Position numbers and translations under genes: made by a program
Notes under the pieces: generated by a model
What the model saw: only the letters and a program-made list of their open reading frames with translations
What the model was told of the DNA's origin: nothing
Database searches by the model: none
Source: a virus
Taxonomy: Duplodnaviria; Caudoviricetes
Virus record (IMG/VR): IMGVR_UViG_3300017917_003016
Span: 137,733 to 201,732 of that record
Length of the DNA: 64,000 bases
Strand: one strand, 5' to 3'
Shown here: one piece after another, positions 50,312-59,420 of the stretch
How the letters are laid out: every line of letters starts with the position of its first letter
How positions within the stretch are numbered: the stretch's first letter is position 1

Positions 50312-50758
50312 ATGCAAATTGATCTTAACAAATATACAGAATTTGTCAAAGAAGTAACCAGTAAGGAATCCAATGATCTAACTACATTTATTAATCGGTT
50401 AGATCGCGTAGACGGCAACTACGAGGACTACGGCCCCAACGGTGAAATGCAACACGGGCCGGACTGTAATGTTCCCCTGTTACTGACTGCAGCCATTGGT
50501 ATAGCCGCCGAAGCAGGTGAATTCTGCGAAATTCCTAAGAAGATTTTCTTTCAGGGTAAGAATCTCTCAGAAGAAGCACTGTTTCACATGAAGCGAGAAC
50601 TGGGCGATATTATGTGGTATTGGGCCAATGCATGTCGAGCATTAAATCTAGACCCCAATGATGTAATTGCTGAGAATGTGCGTAAACTACAAGCGAGATA
50701 CCCCGGTGGTGCCTTTGACCCTTATTACAGCGAGAACCGCCAAGAAGGAGACCTATAA
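50312..50758 (+). CDS. mazG: MazG-like nucleotide pyrophosphohydrolase
   Basis: AAEAGEFCEIPKK, KRELGDIMWY, N..KL..RYP. Confidence 0.88.
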   Translation: MQIDLNKYTEFVKEVTSKESNDLTTFINRLDRVDGNYEDYGPNGEMQHGPDCNVPLLLTAAIGIAAEAGEFCEIPKKIFFQGKNLSEEALFHMKRELGDIMWYWANACRALNLDPNDVIAENVRKLQARYPGGAFDPYYSENRQEGDL

Positions 50759-51006
50759 TGCATCCGTTGACACCAGATATATCTGGTCTTACTGACGAAG
50801 AATTATTTACTAAACGCAACGAAATTCAAAATCGATTGGGTTTTGCCTATCGAATTGGTAATGCAGATATGGTTAATCAACTTAATCTGTTGCTGCAAGA
50901 TTATATGTTAGAGACCGAGCGTCGAAATCAAAAAATGTTAGAAGATGCTCGCAAATCGGGTCGGGTGAACAATGGCGATGATCCCGCAAGAGATTTAACC
51001 AGATGA
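50758..51006 (+). CDS. Hypothetical coiled-coil protein
   Basis: Coupled ORF. Confidence 0.7.
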   Translation: MHPLTPDISGLTDEELFTKRNEIQNRLGFAYRIGNADMVNQLNLLLQDYMLETERRNQKMLEDARKSGRVNNGDDPARDLTR

Positions 51007-51524
51007 AATGGGATCAGTTTGGTCAGTGTTATACAGACTGTGGTGAACTAGCAGAATTGCTATATAAAAATCCAGATCTAGATATTGCCCGATTTTTAAT
51101 ACAAGACTACCCTGGACTAGACAAGTATAGGTATGGTAATCATCAACTTTATGCAAATCTACCCGAACCCAAAGAGTTTCAAGAATTCACGTGTACCATT
51201 GATCAGTTTGATAAAGAAAATCAAAGCCAATGGAGAATGCCGGAAGAATATAAAAACTTTGACATTGCTAAATGGGTACTAGATCAATGTCAGACTGAAA
51301 TAGAACTTCAGAGAGTTGGAAAAGAATTGTTGTTATTTCAGGAAAGAGATGCATTTAATTTGTTAAAATATCTAAAGTATCTAGTCGACACCCTGAGAAA
51401 AAATAATGTTGTTTGGGGGGTTGGCCGCGGCTCCAGTGTGTCAAGTTATGTACTGTATTTGATTGGAGTACACAAAATTGATTCAATTTATTATAATTTA
51501 GATGTTGAAGAATTCCTTAAATAA
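51003..51524 (+). CDS. Stand-alone fragment of DNA polymerase III alpha (GRGS region)
   Basis: VVWGVGRGSSVSSYVLYLIGVHKID...L..EEFLK aligns with DnaE GPGRGS..SL..Y.LGIT..DP...L.FERFL. Confidence 0.8.
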   Translation: MKWDQFGQCYTDCGELAELLYKNPDLDIARFLIQDYPGLDKYRYGNHQLYANLPEPKEFQEFTCTIDQFDKENQSQWRMPEEYKNFDIAKWVLDQCQTEIELQRVGKELLLFQERDAFNLLKYLKYLVDTLRKNNVVWGVGRGSSVSSYVLYLIGVHKIDSIYYNLDVEEFLK

Positions 51525-51527
51525 ATA
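51521..51527 (+). promoter_or_regulatory. Late promoter-like ATAAATA
   Basis: Overlaps the upstream stop. Confidence 0.6.
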
Positions 51528-51549
51528 CGCATATAACTAGGAGATTAAC

Positions 51550-52002
51550 ATGGCTAACAATTACAGAACCGCAAGAGGAATTCCCATAGATATGGATCGG
51601 TTGCGACTAGCCAACGAAACTTCCATTGCAGTTGGCAATATGAAAGTCAATGCAAGGGGAGATCTGTTAGGCGATGGCGGCAAGATCGTTAAAACTCGTG
51701 CTCAAATAATGGCTGAAAAAAATAAGTTACATAACGGTCCTATAGCAGATGATTTTGAAGTTTTTGAGAATTTGTCCGATAATGAAGTAATTCAACCCGA
51801 TTTACTACAGGTACAACCCTCAACGCTGCAGCCTGCTGCAGATGATACTCCAATTGCAGAATCTGTTAATAAGGAATATACCAGACCTCGAGGTAGTTTT
51901 GCTGAGGCTGTTGCTCAGCAGACTGAAGTTGTTCAAGAACTTTTAGATCCCAATCAAGTATTAAAAAATACAGATTCACAGCCTGGAATTAAACGCATTT
52001 GA
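51550..52002 (+). CDS. Hypothetical protein
   Basis: YRTARG..IDMD.LRLANE...AVGNMKVNARGD; SD AGGAG. Confidence 0.75.
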   Translation: MANNYRTARGIPIDMDRLRLANETSIAVGNMKVNARGDLLGDGGKIVKTRAQIMAEKNKLHNGPIADDFEVFENLSDNEVIQPDLLQVQPSTLQPAADDTPIAESVNKEYTRPRGSFAEAVAQQTEVVQELLDPNQVLKNTDSQPGIKRI

Positions 52003-52010
52003 GGAAAATT

Positions 52011-52364
52011 ATGTCAGCATACAGTGCAAAAAAATTTAAGTCTCTAAGACCATTACATGATTACGTTTTGGTTAGCGATATGAATTTTAAAGAAAAAATC
52101 ACCAGTAACGGTATTATAATTCAAAGTCTTGATAATAAATTAGAAGGAATACACCCTAGGTGGGGCAAGGTCTATGCTGTTGGTTCAGATCAAAAAGACG
52201 TACAGCCTGGACAATATATACTGGTCAAACACGGTCGCTGGACCAGGGGCACACTAATTGAAGACCAAAATGGCGAATATACCATTCGCCGTGTGGATAC
52301 TGCAGACATACTATTAGTCAGCGACGAACCCATGCAAGATGAAACCATAGGTAGTGGCCTGTAA
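52011..52364 (+). CDS. Divergent phage-type GroES co-chaperonin
   Basis: LRPLHDYVLV, GIII, GKVYAVG, DILLV; SD GAGG supports start 52011. Confidence 0.8.
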   Translation: MSAYSAKKFKSLRPLHDYVLVSDMNFKEKITSNGIIIQSLDNKLEGIHPRWGKVYAVGSDQKDVQPGQYILVKHGRWTRGTLIEDQNGEYTIRRVDTADILLVSDEPMQDETIGSGL

Positions 52365-52607
52365 TTGAATCAAAGAGTGGATTCAGTAAATCATCAACTT
52401 ACAGAGATAGATGCGGCCAGATATATACGCAATCTGGCTGCAACTGCTCGTAGTTCTCACAGTGATCCATTTACTCAATGTACTTGCAAGCACAACTTAT
52501 TTTTGTTAAAATGTCTAATAGAAGATTTATACAAGGACCTACCAGAATTTCCTAATCAGGAACGCGAGTGGGAACAAAAACGTCTAATAGAACTATTGCA
52601 AAAATAA
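52365..52607 (+). CDS. Hypothetical protein
   Basis: Coupled ORF. Confidence 0.6.
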   Translation: MNQRVDSVNHQLTEIDAARYIRNLAATARSSHSDPFTQCTCKHNLFLLKCLIEDLYKDLPEFPNQEREWEQKRLIELLQK

Positions 52608-52819
52608 TGTACTACTATAAGTTTATAAACAGTCGTTCAGACTTTCAGAGATGGGAAAGGCCTTGGAATCATCATATCAGGCATCTTCCCTACAGTATGC
52701 CGCACCAACGGCGCAAGACTAAACTAAAATTTGTAAGAACATGGCTATTTGATCGTTATCACGAGGCTCCTCGCAAACTCTCTACATTTTACTGGCGTAC
52801 ACACAAGGCAGAACTATGA
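52607..52819 (+). CDS. Basic hypothetical protein
   Basis: TAATG coupling gives start 52607. Confidence 0.55.
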   Translation: MYYYKFINSRSDFQRWERPWNHHIRHLPYSMPHQRRKTKLKFVRTWLFDRYHEAPRKLSTFYWRTHKAEL

Positions 52820-53742
52820 AAGAACTATGGGTAGAAAAGTACCGTCCTAAGACTCTGGACGGGTATGTTTTTCAAGATGTTGCAATGAAAGAGCAAGTAG
52901 AATCTTGGATTCGTACAGGAATGATCCCGCATTTGCTACTACATGGTGGCCCGGGTACAGGCAAAACTACCTTGGCACGTATGCTGATCAATGAACTAAA
53001 GGTGGACGAATATGATGTTATGTTTGCCAACGGAAGTAAAGAAGCACGCAAGATTGAGTGGATTGACAAACTAATCAGTTTCTGTCAGACCATGCCCTAT
53101 GGAGATTTTAAAGTTGTATTAATTGACGAAGCAGACTACATGAATCCCGTGAGCGTGCAACCTGCTCTGCGTAATCTTATGGAGGAATATAGCCAAACTG
53201 TGCGTTTTATTCTTACCTGCAACTATCCAAATAAAATTCTGCCTCCAATCCATAGTCGCTGTCAAACTCTGCACATCAATCGTGCAGATCACACAGAGTT
53301 CACAGCACGGGTGGCCACAGTCCTAGTCACTGAAAGTGTAGAATTTGATCTAGATACTCTAGACAGTTATGTCAAGGCAACCTATCCAGATCTGCGCAAA
53401 TGTCTAAATCTTGTACAGCAAAATTCAACTGGCGATCAACTGCGCAGTCCCAAAGAAGGTGACAAGGCTGTGGGAGATTGGAAGTTAGATTGTGTGTCTC
53501 TGTTTAAAGCAGGAAAGATCAAAGAAGCAAGACAACTGTTGTGTAATCAAGCAGAAGCAGAAGAAATGGACGGTATATTCCGTTGGATGTATGATAATCT
53601 TGATCTTTGGTCTAAGACTGAAGAAGGACAAGATGAGGCAATTTTAATCATACGCAAAGGATTAGTAAACCATAGTATGGTAGCAGACGCAGAAATCAAT
53701 CTATCAGCAACACTAGTTGAATTAAGTCAAATTTCTCAATGA
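52816..53742 (+). CDS. Clamp-loader AAA+ subunit (RFC small / T4 gp44-like)
   Basis: WVEKYRP, GGPGTGKTT, LIDEAD, Q.ALR..ME, SRC motif. Confidence 0.93.
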   Translation: MKELWVEKYRPKTLDGYVFQDVAMKEQVESWIRTGMIPHLLLHGGPGTGKTTLARMLINELKVDEYDVMFANGSKEARKIEWIDKLISFCQTMPYGDFKVVLIDEADYMNPVSVQPALRNLMEEYSQTVRFILTCNYPNKILPPIHSRCQTLHINRADHTEFTARVATVLVTESVEFDLDTLDSYVKATYPDLRKCLNLVQQNSTGDQLRSPKEGDKAVGDWKLDCVSLFKAGKIKEARQLLCNQAEAEEMDGIFRWMYDNLDLWSKTEEGQDEAILIIRKGLVNHSMVADAEINLSATLVELSQISQ

Positions 53743-54464
53743 AGATCGGCGTTTTTGGTGACAGTTTTGCTGCAGATAATCAATTTTGGTGCGAAAAAAC
53801 CAACACCTTACCTAGTTCTGATCCCTTTATTTGGTGGAAATTACTAGAAAATTTTGGTCACGAAGTGACTAGTTTTGGCCAAGAAGGCACTAGTATTTTA
53901 TACAGTATCAATCAGATTAAAAAGAACTACTCAAAATTTGATTTTATCATATGGTGTTGTACACAGTCATCACGAATAACCTTGCCTATTGATGAACGGC
54001 CCGGATATCTAAATTCCTCTACTTTTTTAGATCAAGAACACACACAAGATAAATTTATTTTAGACAGTACACATAAAAAAATTCAACTGCTAAAAGATTG
54101 GTTTAGGTATGCACACAACCAAAAGGAATCTGAATTAATTGGACTAGCATTAGTTAATCTTCTGTTATCAAAATTTGATAATCTAATGATAATTCCCTGT
54201 TTTGATGATCCGTGTTTTACAAATTTTGATTTGTTTTCCTTGAGCCAGCGAGAAATTAAAAACTTCTTTCCAGATCATGATCTTGAGTCTATACACAAGA
54301 ATTACACAGATCTAAGATCATGTCATCTAACAAAAGAAAATAACATCATCTTGGCTGAATTGATTAATTCAAGACTACAGCCGGGGATATTTTCTGCTGA
54401 CTACAACGAATTTAATTTTACCGCAGACCGTCTGCAGCAATATTTTAAACCAGTAAAATCATAA
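53739..54464 (+). CDS. SGNH/GDSL-like hypothetical protein
   Basis: IGVFGDSF; C-terminal DLRSCHL. Confidence 0.55.
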   Translation: MKIGVFGDSFAADNQFWCEKTNTLPSSDPFIWWKLLENFGHEVTSFGQEGTSILYSINQIKKNYSKFDFIIWCCTQSSRITLPIDERPGYLNSSTFLDQEHTQDKFILDSTHKKIQLLKDWFRYAHNQKESELIGLALVNLLLSKFDNLMIIPCFDDPCFTNFDLFSLSQREIKNFFPDHDLESIHKNYTDLRSCHLTKENNIILAELINSRLQPGIFSADYNEFNFTADRLQQYFKPVKS

Positions 54465-54490
54465 ACAATGTGGGGTTTCCCCCACATTGT
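54465..54490. terminator. Bidirectional hairpin between convergent genes
   Basis: ACAATGTGGGG-TTTC-CCCCACATTGT (11-bp stem). Confidence 0.8.
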
Positions 54491-54492
54491 GT

Positions 54493-55215
54493 TTATAGTT
54501 CTCCGTAAATCGATAGGATCTCCTTTACTGCTGGATGTCTGGCAATATCTTTGGCTTCAAATTCTACACCAGCAATGTACTTGCAATCTTTATATGACTC
54601 TACTAGATGTTTGAAATCTAATAGGCCATTGTCTCGATCACAGCGGTCAGCCTGACGAGTATCGCCGGTTACTACAATTTTAGAACCTTCGCCAAGTCGC
54701 GTTAGGAGCATCTTTATCTGTCCAGGAGTGGCGTTCTGCATTTCGTCTGCAACGACCCAAGCCTCCTTAAATGTGCGACCTCTCATATATGCTAGTGGAG
54801 CGATCTCAATGATTTGTTCGTCTAGCATACGGGCTACTTCTTTTGGACTATAGTACTCTACTATGACATCAAATAGAGGTCTAGTCCACGGTTCCATTTT
54901 TGCAGTAATGTCACCTGGTAGGAAACCATGCTTCTCGTCGTCCACTCCTACCGCTGGACGAGTTAGTATGATCTTATTAACTGAGTTTTCCTTGAGTGCC
55001 TTTACTCCGGCCTGCATGGCTAACATGGTTTTACCTGTGCCTGCGGGACCAGTGGCAAAAACTATGTGTTTTACAGGATCAGTGAGTAGGTCTATATAGG
55101 TTTCTTGGTTTAGACTTTTGGGTATCAAATTTATAGTTTTTCTACTTTGTACGTATTCGTTGAAATTAATTGTATTGTCTGCAACTGCTAGATTACGGCT
55201 TCTACGCTTTGACAT
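54493..55215 (-). CDS. phoH: PhoH-like ATPase
   Basis: GPAGTGKT, TRPAV, GFLPGD, PLAYMRGRT, DEMQN, TGD..QAD. Confidence 0.95.
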   Translation of the reverse strand: MSKRRSRNLAVADNTINFNEYVQSRKTINLIPKSLNQETYIDLLTDPVKHIVFATGPAGTGKTMLAMQAGVKALKENSVNKIILTRPAVGVDDEKHGFLPGDITAKMEPWTRPLFDVIVEYYSPKEVARMLDEQIIEIAPLAYMRGRTFKEAWVVADEMQNATPGQIKMLLTRLGEGSKIVVTGDTRQADRCDRDNGLLDFKHLVESYKDCKYIAGVEFEAKDIARHPAVKEILSIYGEL

Positions 55216-55368
55216 AATTCTCCCTATCGATGTGGTAATTAAAGTTTACTACACAGATATTTAAGAAACGAATTTTTCATTTTTAATGAGTATTTTATAC
55301 AGATTTTTCTGAGGTAAATATTAGGCTGAGGGTTAACATCCTTGTAATTCTCTAGTTTCATAAATGTG

Positions 55369-55376
55369 CATAAATA
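55369..55376 (+). promoter_or_regulatory. Late promoter CATAAATA
   Basis: 17 nt before ATG 55394. Confidence 0.7.
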
Positions 55377-55393
55377 AGTAAAAGAGCAAGTTT

Positions 55394-55942
55394 ATGACTA
55401 AAATTATATCTGACGTAATCGAAAACACCAAAGAAATCTTTATGACAGACAGTAGTCTGACCACGCTACTAGATTTTGAACGTGTACTTGATGAATTGGA
55501 TCTCTACGTGTTTGCCAATTGGAAAGAAGGCGAACTAGTTGAGGGACCAATCTACGAAAAATATTTTGTAACCTGCACCTTTATGTGGCCTTATAAGATG
55601 ATGCCAGATCCCCGGGGCGGCGAAAGATTAATAGACTATGATTGCGAAGTCTATTATGCTAAAGATATTTTAGAGTATCCTATAAAAATTAAAACACCTG
55701 ACGATTTTGAACCAGGCACTAAAATGCCTAAAATGGGCAAGAAACCCATATGGTTAGTTACCATAGTCATGCCTAAAAAACTCATGCAAGAAATACAGCA
55801 AGGCAGTTTGGATCTAGAAAGTGCTACCCTCGATCTAGAAGACATTGAACAGGCCTACGAAGAAGGCGATGATCAAGAAACTAGTTTCGCACCCGAAGAA
55901 GAGATGCAAAATGAACCCCAACAGCAACAACCACAGTTCTAA
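55394..55942 (+). CDS. Conserved jumbo-phage hypothetical protein
   Basis: LLDFERVLDELDLYVFANW..GELVEGP....Y.V.CTFMWP..MMPDP.GG. Confidence 0.75.
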   Translation: MTKIISDVIENTKEIFMTDSSLTTLLDFERVLDELDLYVFANWKEGELVEGPIYEKYFVTCTFMWPYKMMPDPRGGERLIDYDCEVYYAKDILEYPIKIKTPDDFEPGTKMPKMGKKPIWLVTIVMPKKLMQEIQQGSLDLESATLDLEDIEQAYEEGDDQETSFAPEEEMQNEPQQQQPQF

Positions 55943-56489
55943 CCAGTTACTAGAAAATCTTGAACAAGGAGATTTAAAAAGACTTGTTCATCCAGAACTG
56001 CACATTGACGAGTACAAATCAAAAATGGGCAGCGATTCAGACATTTGTGTGGTTAGTTTTAAAGTTTCAGGTAAAGAACCCAGTACAGATCTCGTAAACT
56101 TCATTGAAAAAGGTTACGATTATATATTAGATGCTGATGTAAGTTCAGGAGAAAAAGAAGGTGGGGACTATCTTGTATTTGTTGAATTAGATCGTACTCC
56201 CCAACTGCCAGAGCAGATCTTTGAACTTATGGAAGATCTGATGAATTTAACTGATCAAGATTTGGCTAATTGGCGTGTACGTTATCGTAAATCTACAGTA
56301 GACCATGAGTTAACCCAAAAACAATTAGAAAAAATTATTCCTCTAACTCCAGAGGAATACGATAGAAAATATGAAAAAGAACAGGCAGAAATGGACGCAT
56401 TAAAAGCAGCGGCTGGACTAGACGTCGACACGGCTGCGCCTAAAAATGAATTTACGGAGAGTCTGAGAATCGCAGCAGGTATAAGATAA
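55911..56489 (+). CDS. Conserved jumbo-phage hypothetical protein
   Basis: HIDEYKSKMG, DLVNFIEKGY..ILDADVS; probable start 55911 (track 55845). Confidence 0.72.
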   Translation: MNPNSNNHSSNQLLENLEQGDLKRLVHPELHIDEYKSKMGSDSDICVVSFKVSGKEPSTDLVNFIEKGYDYILDADVSSGEKEGGDYLVFVELDRTPQLPEQIFELMEDLMNLTDQDLANWRVRYRKSTVDHELTQKQLEKIIPLTPEEYDRKYEKEQAEMDALKAAAGLDVDTAAPKNEFTESLRIAAGIR

Positions 56490-56509
56490 GTTATTTCAAG
56501 GATTAAACC

Positions 56510-57355
56510 ATGCAAATTACAGCAGCACATATTCGAGCAATTTTCCCGCAGTACAAATATCCAGACGATTTGGCAGAAACCTTAACAGAGCAGTTTGAAA
56601 AATACGAAATTAACACAGTAAATCGTGCTGCTGGGTTTTTAGCACAGTGCGGTCATGAAAGCAATGGCTTTACTGTACTAAAAGAAAATTTGAACTATAG
56701 TGCAGAAGGCCTTAATAAGATTTTTAAAAAATACTTCCCTACAGTAGAGTCAGCGAAATCTTATGCCCGCAATCCTGAAAAAATTGCCAATAAAGTTTAC
56801 GCAAATAGAATGGGCAACGGTCCAGAGTTTTCAGGCGATGGATATAAGTTCCGGGGCCGCGGCGCCATTCAACTTACAGGCAAGGACAATTACACACAGT
56901 TTGCTATGAGTGTGGGCATGTCTGTAGATGAGGCCGTGGCTGATCTAGAAACTCTAGATGGTGCCATAGAATCAGCCTGCTGGTTTTGGAAGAAGAACGG
57001 GCTGAATGCTATCTGTGACGCTAATGATATTGTTAAAATGACTAAACGTATTAACGGTGGAACTATTGGACTAGAGGATCGCACCAAGCATTATAATCAC
57101 GCTAAACAGGTACTAAGCGGTGCACATGTAGTAGAGTCGCATGCAGCAGCGCCAACTACAACTGCTGCCTACGAAACTGTGCGCCTTGGCAGCAAGAATG
57201 AAACAGTTAAACGAGTGCAGGCCAAGTTAGGACTGGCAGCAGATGGATCGTTTGGTCCAGGCACAGAGCGTGCGGTTAAAGCCTGGCAACAGGCCAACGG
57301 CCTTACACCAGATGGAATCATGGGGCCAAAGAGTTTACAAAAACTACTAGGATAA
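56510..57355 (+). CDS. Endolysin: GH19 (chitinase-like lysozyme) plus C-terminal peptidoglycan-binding domain
   Basis: FLAQCGHES, ENLNYS, YKFRGRGAIQLTGKDNY, TKRINGG; DGSFGPGTERAVKAWQ..GL.PDGI.G. Confidence 0.93.
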   Translation: MQITAAHIRAIFPQYKYPDDLAETLTEQFEKYEINTVNRAAGFLAQCGHESNGFTVLKENLNYSAEGLNKIFKKYFPTVESAKSYARNPEKIANKVYANRMGNGPEFSGDGYKFRGRGAIQLTGKDNYTQFAMSVGMSVDEAVADLETLDGAIESACWFWKKNGLNAICDANDIVKMTKRINGGTIGLEDRTKHYNHAKQVLSGAHVVESHAAAPTTTAAYETVRLGSKNETVKRVQAKLGLAADGSFGPGTERAVKAWQQANGLTPDGIMGPKSLQKLLG

Positions 57356-57359
57356 TTCA

Positions 57360-57836
57360 ATGTGGATCTTACACTTTTTACCCGATAGTCTGTTACTTTA
57401 TGTAGTTAACCTGACCTGCATCATAGGTGCTGCCTTGATTGTGTCGGGCTTTGTTATCAGCATGTTTCATCCATGGTTCTACAAATTTCGTACTCCTTTA
57501 CAGATTTTAGGTACATTGATTTTAGTTGCAGGTATCTACTGGAAGGGCGGCTATGGTGTTGAAATGGAATGGCGGGAACGTGTAAATGACCTTCAAGCAC
57601 AGGTTGCTGTAGCAGAAGAAAAGGCTCGCACTGCCAATGCACAAATACAAACAAAGATCGTAACCAAAGTACAAAAAATCAAAGAGCACAGTGTTCAAAT
57701 TCAAGAAGTCATAAAAGAAAAAGAAAAAATAATCAATGCCGAATGCAAGGTTCCAAAACAAGCCGTTGAAATTTTAAACCGTGCTGCAGAAGGTCCCAAT
57801 GCCACTGTTGAAGTTGGCCCAGGAGAAGCCAAATGA
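57360..57836 (+). CDS. Probable i-spanin (Rz-like)
   Basis: N-terminal TMs, coiled coil, C-terminal C..P...V..LN.AA; follows the endolysin. Confidence 0.7.
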   Translation: MWILHFLPDSLLLYVVNLTCIIGAALIVSGFVISMFHPWFYKFRTPLQILGTLILVAGIYWKGGYGVEMEWRERVNDLQAQVAVAEEKARTANAQIQTKIVTKVQKIKEHSVQIQEVIKEKEKIINAECKVPKQAVEILNRAAEGPNATVEVGPGEAK

Positions 57837-58105
57837 TAAAATATCTTGCAGTTTTATCAACAATAGTTCTATTGTCTGGTTGTTCAACTCTAACTCCGGT
57901 AAAACAGAAATGGCCAGAAGTTCCTAAAGAAATATCTGAGTCTTGCCCTCAACTTAAGAAATTACCTGAGGATACAGAAAAACTCAGCGACGTAGTTGGC
58001 AATGTTAGTCAGAACTACGGAACCTATTATGAGTGTCAGGCCAAATTAGAAGCGTGGATCGAGTGGTACAAGACACAGAAAAATATCTATGAGGAAGTCA
58101 AATGA
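57833..58105 (+). CDS. Probable o-spanin lipoprotein (Rz1-like)
   Basis: Lipobox LSGC; P..P....E.CP.L...NY..Y.EC. Confidence 0.72.
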   Translation: MIKYLAVLSTIVLLSGCSTLTPVKQKWPEVPKEISESCPQLKKLPEDTEKLSDVVGNVSQNYGTYYECQAKLEAWIEWYKTQKNIYEEVK

Positions 58106-58512
58106 AAAAACTAATTGCAGCGGCAATTCTTCCTTTTGTTCTGTCAGGTTGTTTGATAACTGATGCATTTTTAATGGCCAAATGGGATAACAATGAATAT
58201 GGTTTAGCCAACGAAGTGCAGACACAAGCACAGTTAGGTGCAGAAACCTGCGGCAAAGATTCAAAAGAAATTTGGCCCTATGTTAACAAGGTCTATGTTA
58301 ACAGTCTAAAATTACGCAATTACAGTACAGGAATTAAGCGTAACGAAGAGGCCAGTAAGATGGCCAACGAACTTGTAGAAATTACCAAAGGTCTACGTGA
58401 ACGTTATACCAGCGGTGATGATGTCAGTGAAAAATACTGCCAACTAAAATTTGGCAATGTAGAATCATCAGCAGCATTAATTAAAAAATCTTTAGGGAGT
58501 AAACCACGATGA
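58102..58512 (+). CDS. Lipoprotein of unknown function in the lysis cassette
   Basis: Lipobox LSGC; two further Cys. Confidence 0.7.
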   Translation: MKKLIAAAILPFVLSGCLITDAFLMAKWDNNEYGLANEVQTQAQLGAETCGKDSKEIWPYVNKVYVNSLKLRNYSTGIKRNEEASKMANELVEITKGLRERYTSGDDVSEKYCQLKFGNVESSAALIKKSLGSKPR

Positions 58513-58757
58513 GTCTGGAACAAACATTAAAGGCCCTTAATGATCATCCCAACGATGATGTGGCTAATTTTGCAGCAGATGCATATGAACTACAGGACGA
58601 CCTACGTCAAGGAAAAATTTCAAAATCAGAATATCAAGAATTGCTAGAAGATATTAAACATCGGCAGGCAATTCTATTATCGGCCTCTGATTTAGAAACC
58701 AAAGGAATGTTGAACGAAGCACTTAACGGCCTATTAAAATTAGCCAGTGCACTATAA
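58509..58757 (+). CDS. Small helical hypothetical protein
   Basis: ATGA-coupled to the lipoprotein gene. Confidence 0.7.
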   Translation: MSLEQTLKALNDHPNDDVANFAADAYELQDDLRQGKISKSEYQELLEDIKHRQAILLSASDLETKGMLNEALNGLLKLASAL

Positions 58758-58760
58758 ATA
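58753..58760 (+). promoter_or_regulatory. Late promoter TATAAATA
   Basis: Overlaps the 58509 gene stop; precedes the holin. Confidence 0.7.
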
Positions 58761-58780
58761 GTTTACCTAGGGAGCAAACA

Positions 58781-59344
58781 ATGACCACAGCAGCAGAAAA
58801 GAAAACAGAAGATTGGATGACCAGCAAATGGCGTCCCTTAATGGCCATTACCTATATGGCTACGATATGGTTTGATTTTATTGTTGGACCTATTTTATTT
58901 AATATCCTACAGTATCTAAATCCAGGGCAAGCAGTCAGCAGTTGGACTCCCCTAACATTACAAGGCGGCGGGCTGTACCACTTGTCGATGGGTGCTATAC
59001 TAGGTATTGCTGCATGGACACGTGGCAAGGAAAAAGTTGCTGCTATCGAAAACGGCAAGGACGAATCTAAGGGTTTTAATCAGGGGTGGGGAACAGCCCC
59101 AGAAGTAAATGTTCCGCAGCAACCACAGTGGATAACACCACCAGTGGCACAGGGGGTTAAGGTAGAACAGACATGGACACAATCAGAACCGGTAGAAACA
59201 AGTTACTCAGATCCAGGTTTTGGTGCTGTTCCTCCTGCTAACAACTTTAATCAAACATCCTGGGATCAGCCTGCAGAGGGCGTAACAAATGTAACACCCG
59301 CAGCAGACGATCCAAATCGTCCAAAAAGACGCAAGAAAATTTAA
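58781..59344 (+). CDS. Probable holin (GTA_holin_3TM-like) with long C-terminal tail
   Basis: WM..KWRP.M...Y...FDF, GAILGIAAWTRGKEK; basic end RPKRRKKI. Confidence 0.7.
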   Translation: MTTAAEKKTEDWMTSKWRPLMAITYMATIWFDFIVGPILFNILQYLNPGQAVSSWTPLTLQGGGLYHLSMGAILGIAAWTRGKEKVAAIENGKDESKGFNQGWGTAPEVNVPQQPQWITPPVAQGVKVEQTWTQSEPVETSYSDPGFGAVPPANNFNQTSWDQPAEGVTNVTPAADDPNRPKRRKKI

Positions 59345-59369
59345 CTAGTCAATTGACTAGACATTAAAT

Positions 59370-59401
59370 AAAAAGGCAAGTAAACTAATACTTGCCTTTT
59401 T
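59370..59401. terminator. Intrinsic terminator
   Basis: AAAAAGGCAAGTA-AACTAA-TACTTGCCTTTTT. Confidence 0.85.
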
Positions 59402-59420
59402 TATTCAACGTGGAGCACAA

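Noticed and set aside
51003-52002. Split intein, frameshift or intron joining the DnaE fragment to the next ORF
   Set aside because: No intein-type motifs are visible, and 51550-52002 lacks PDxDxD and has its own promoter and SD.
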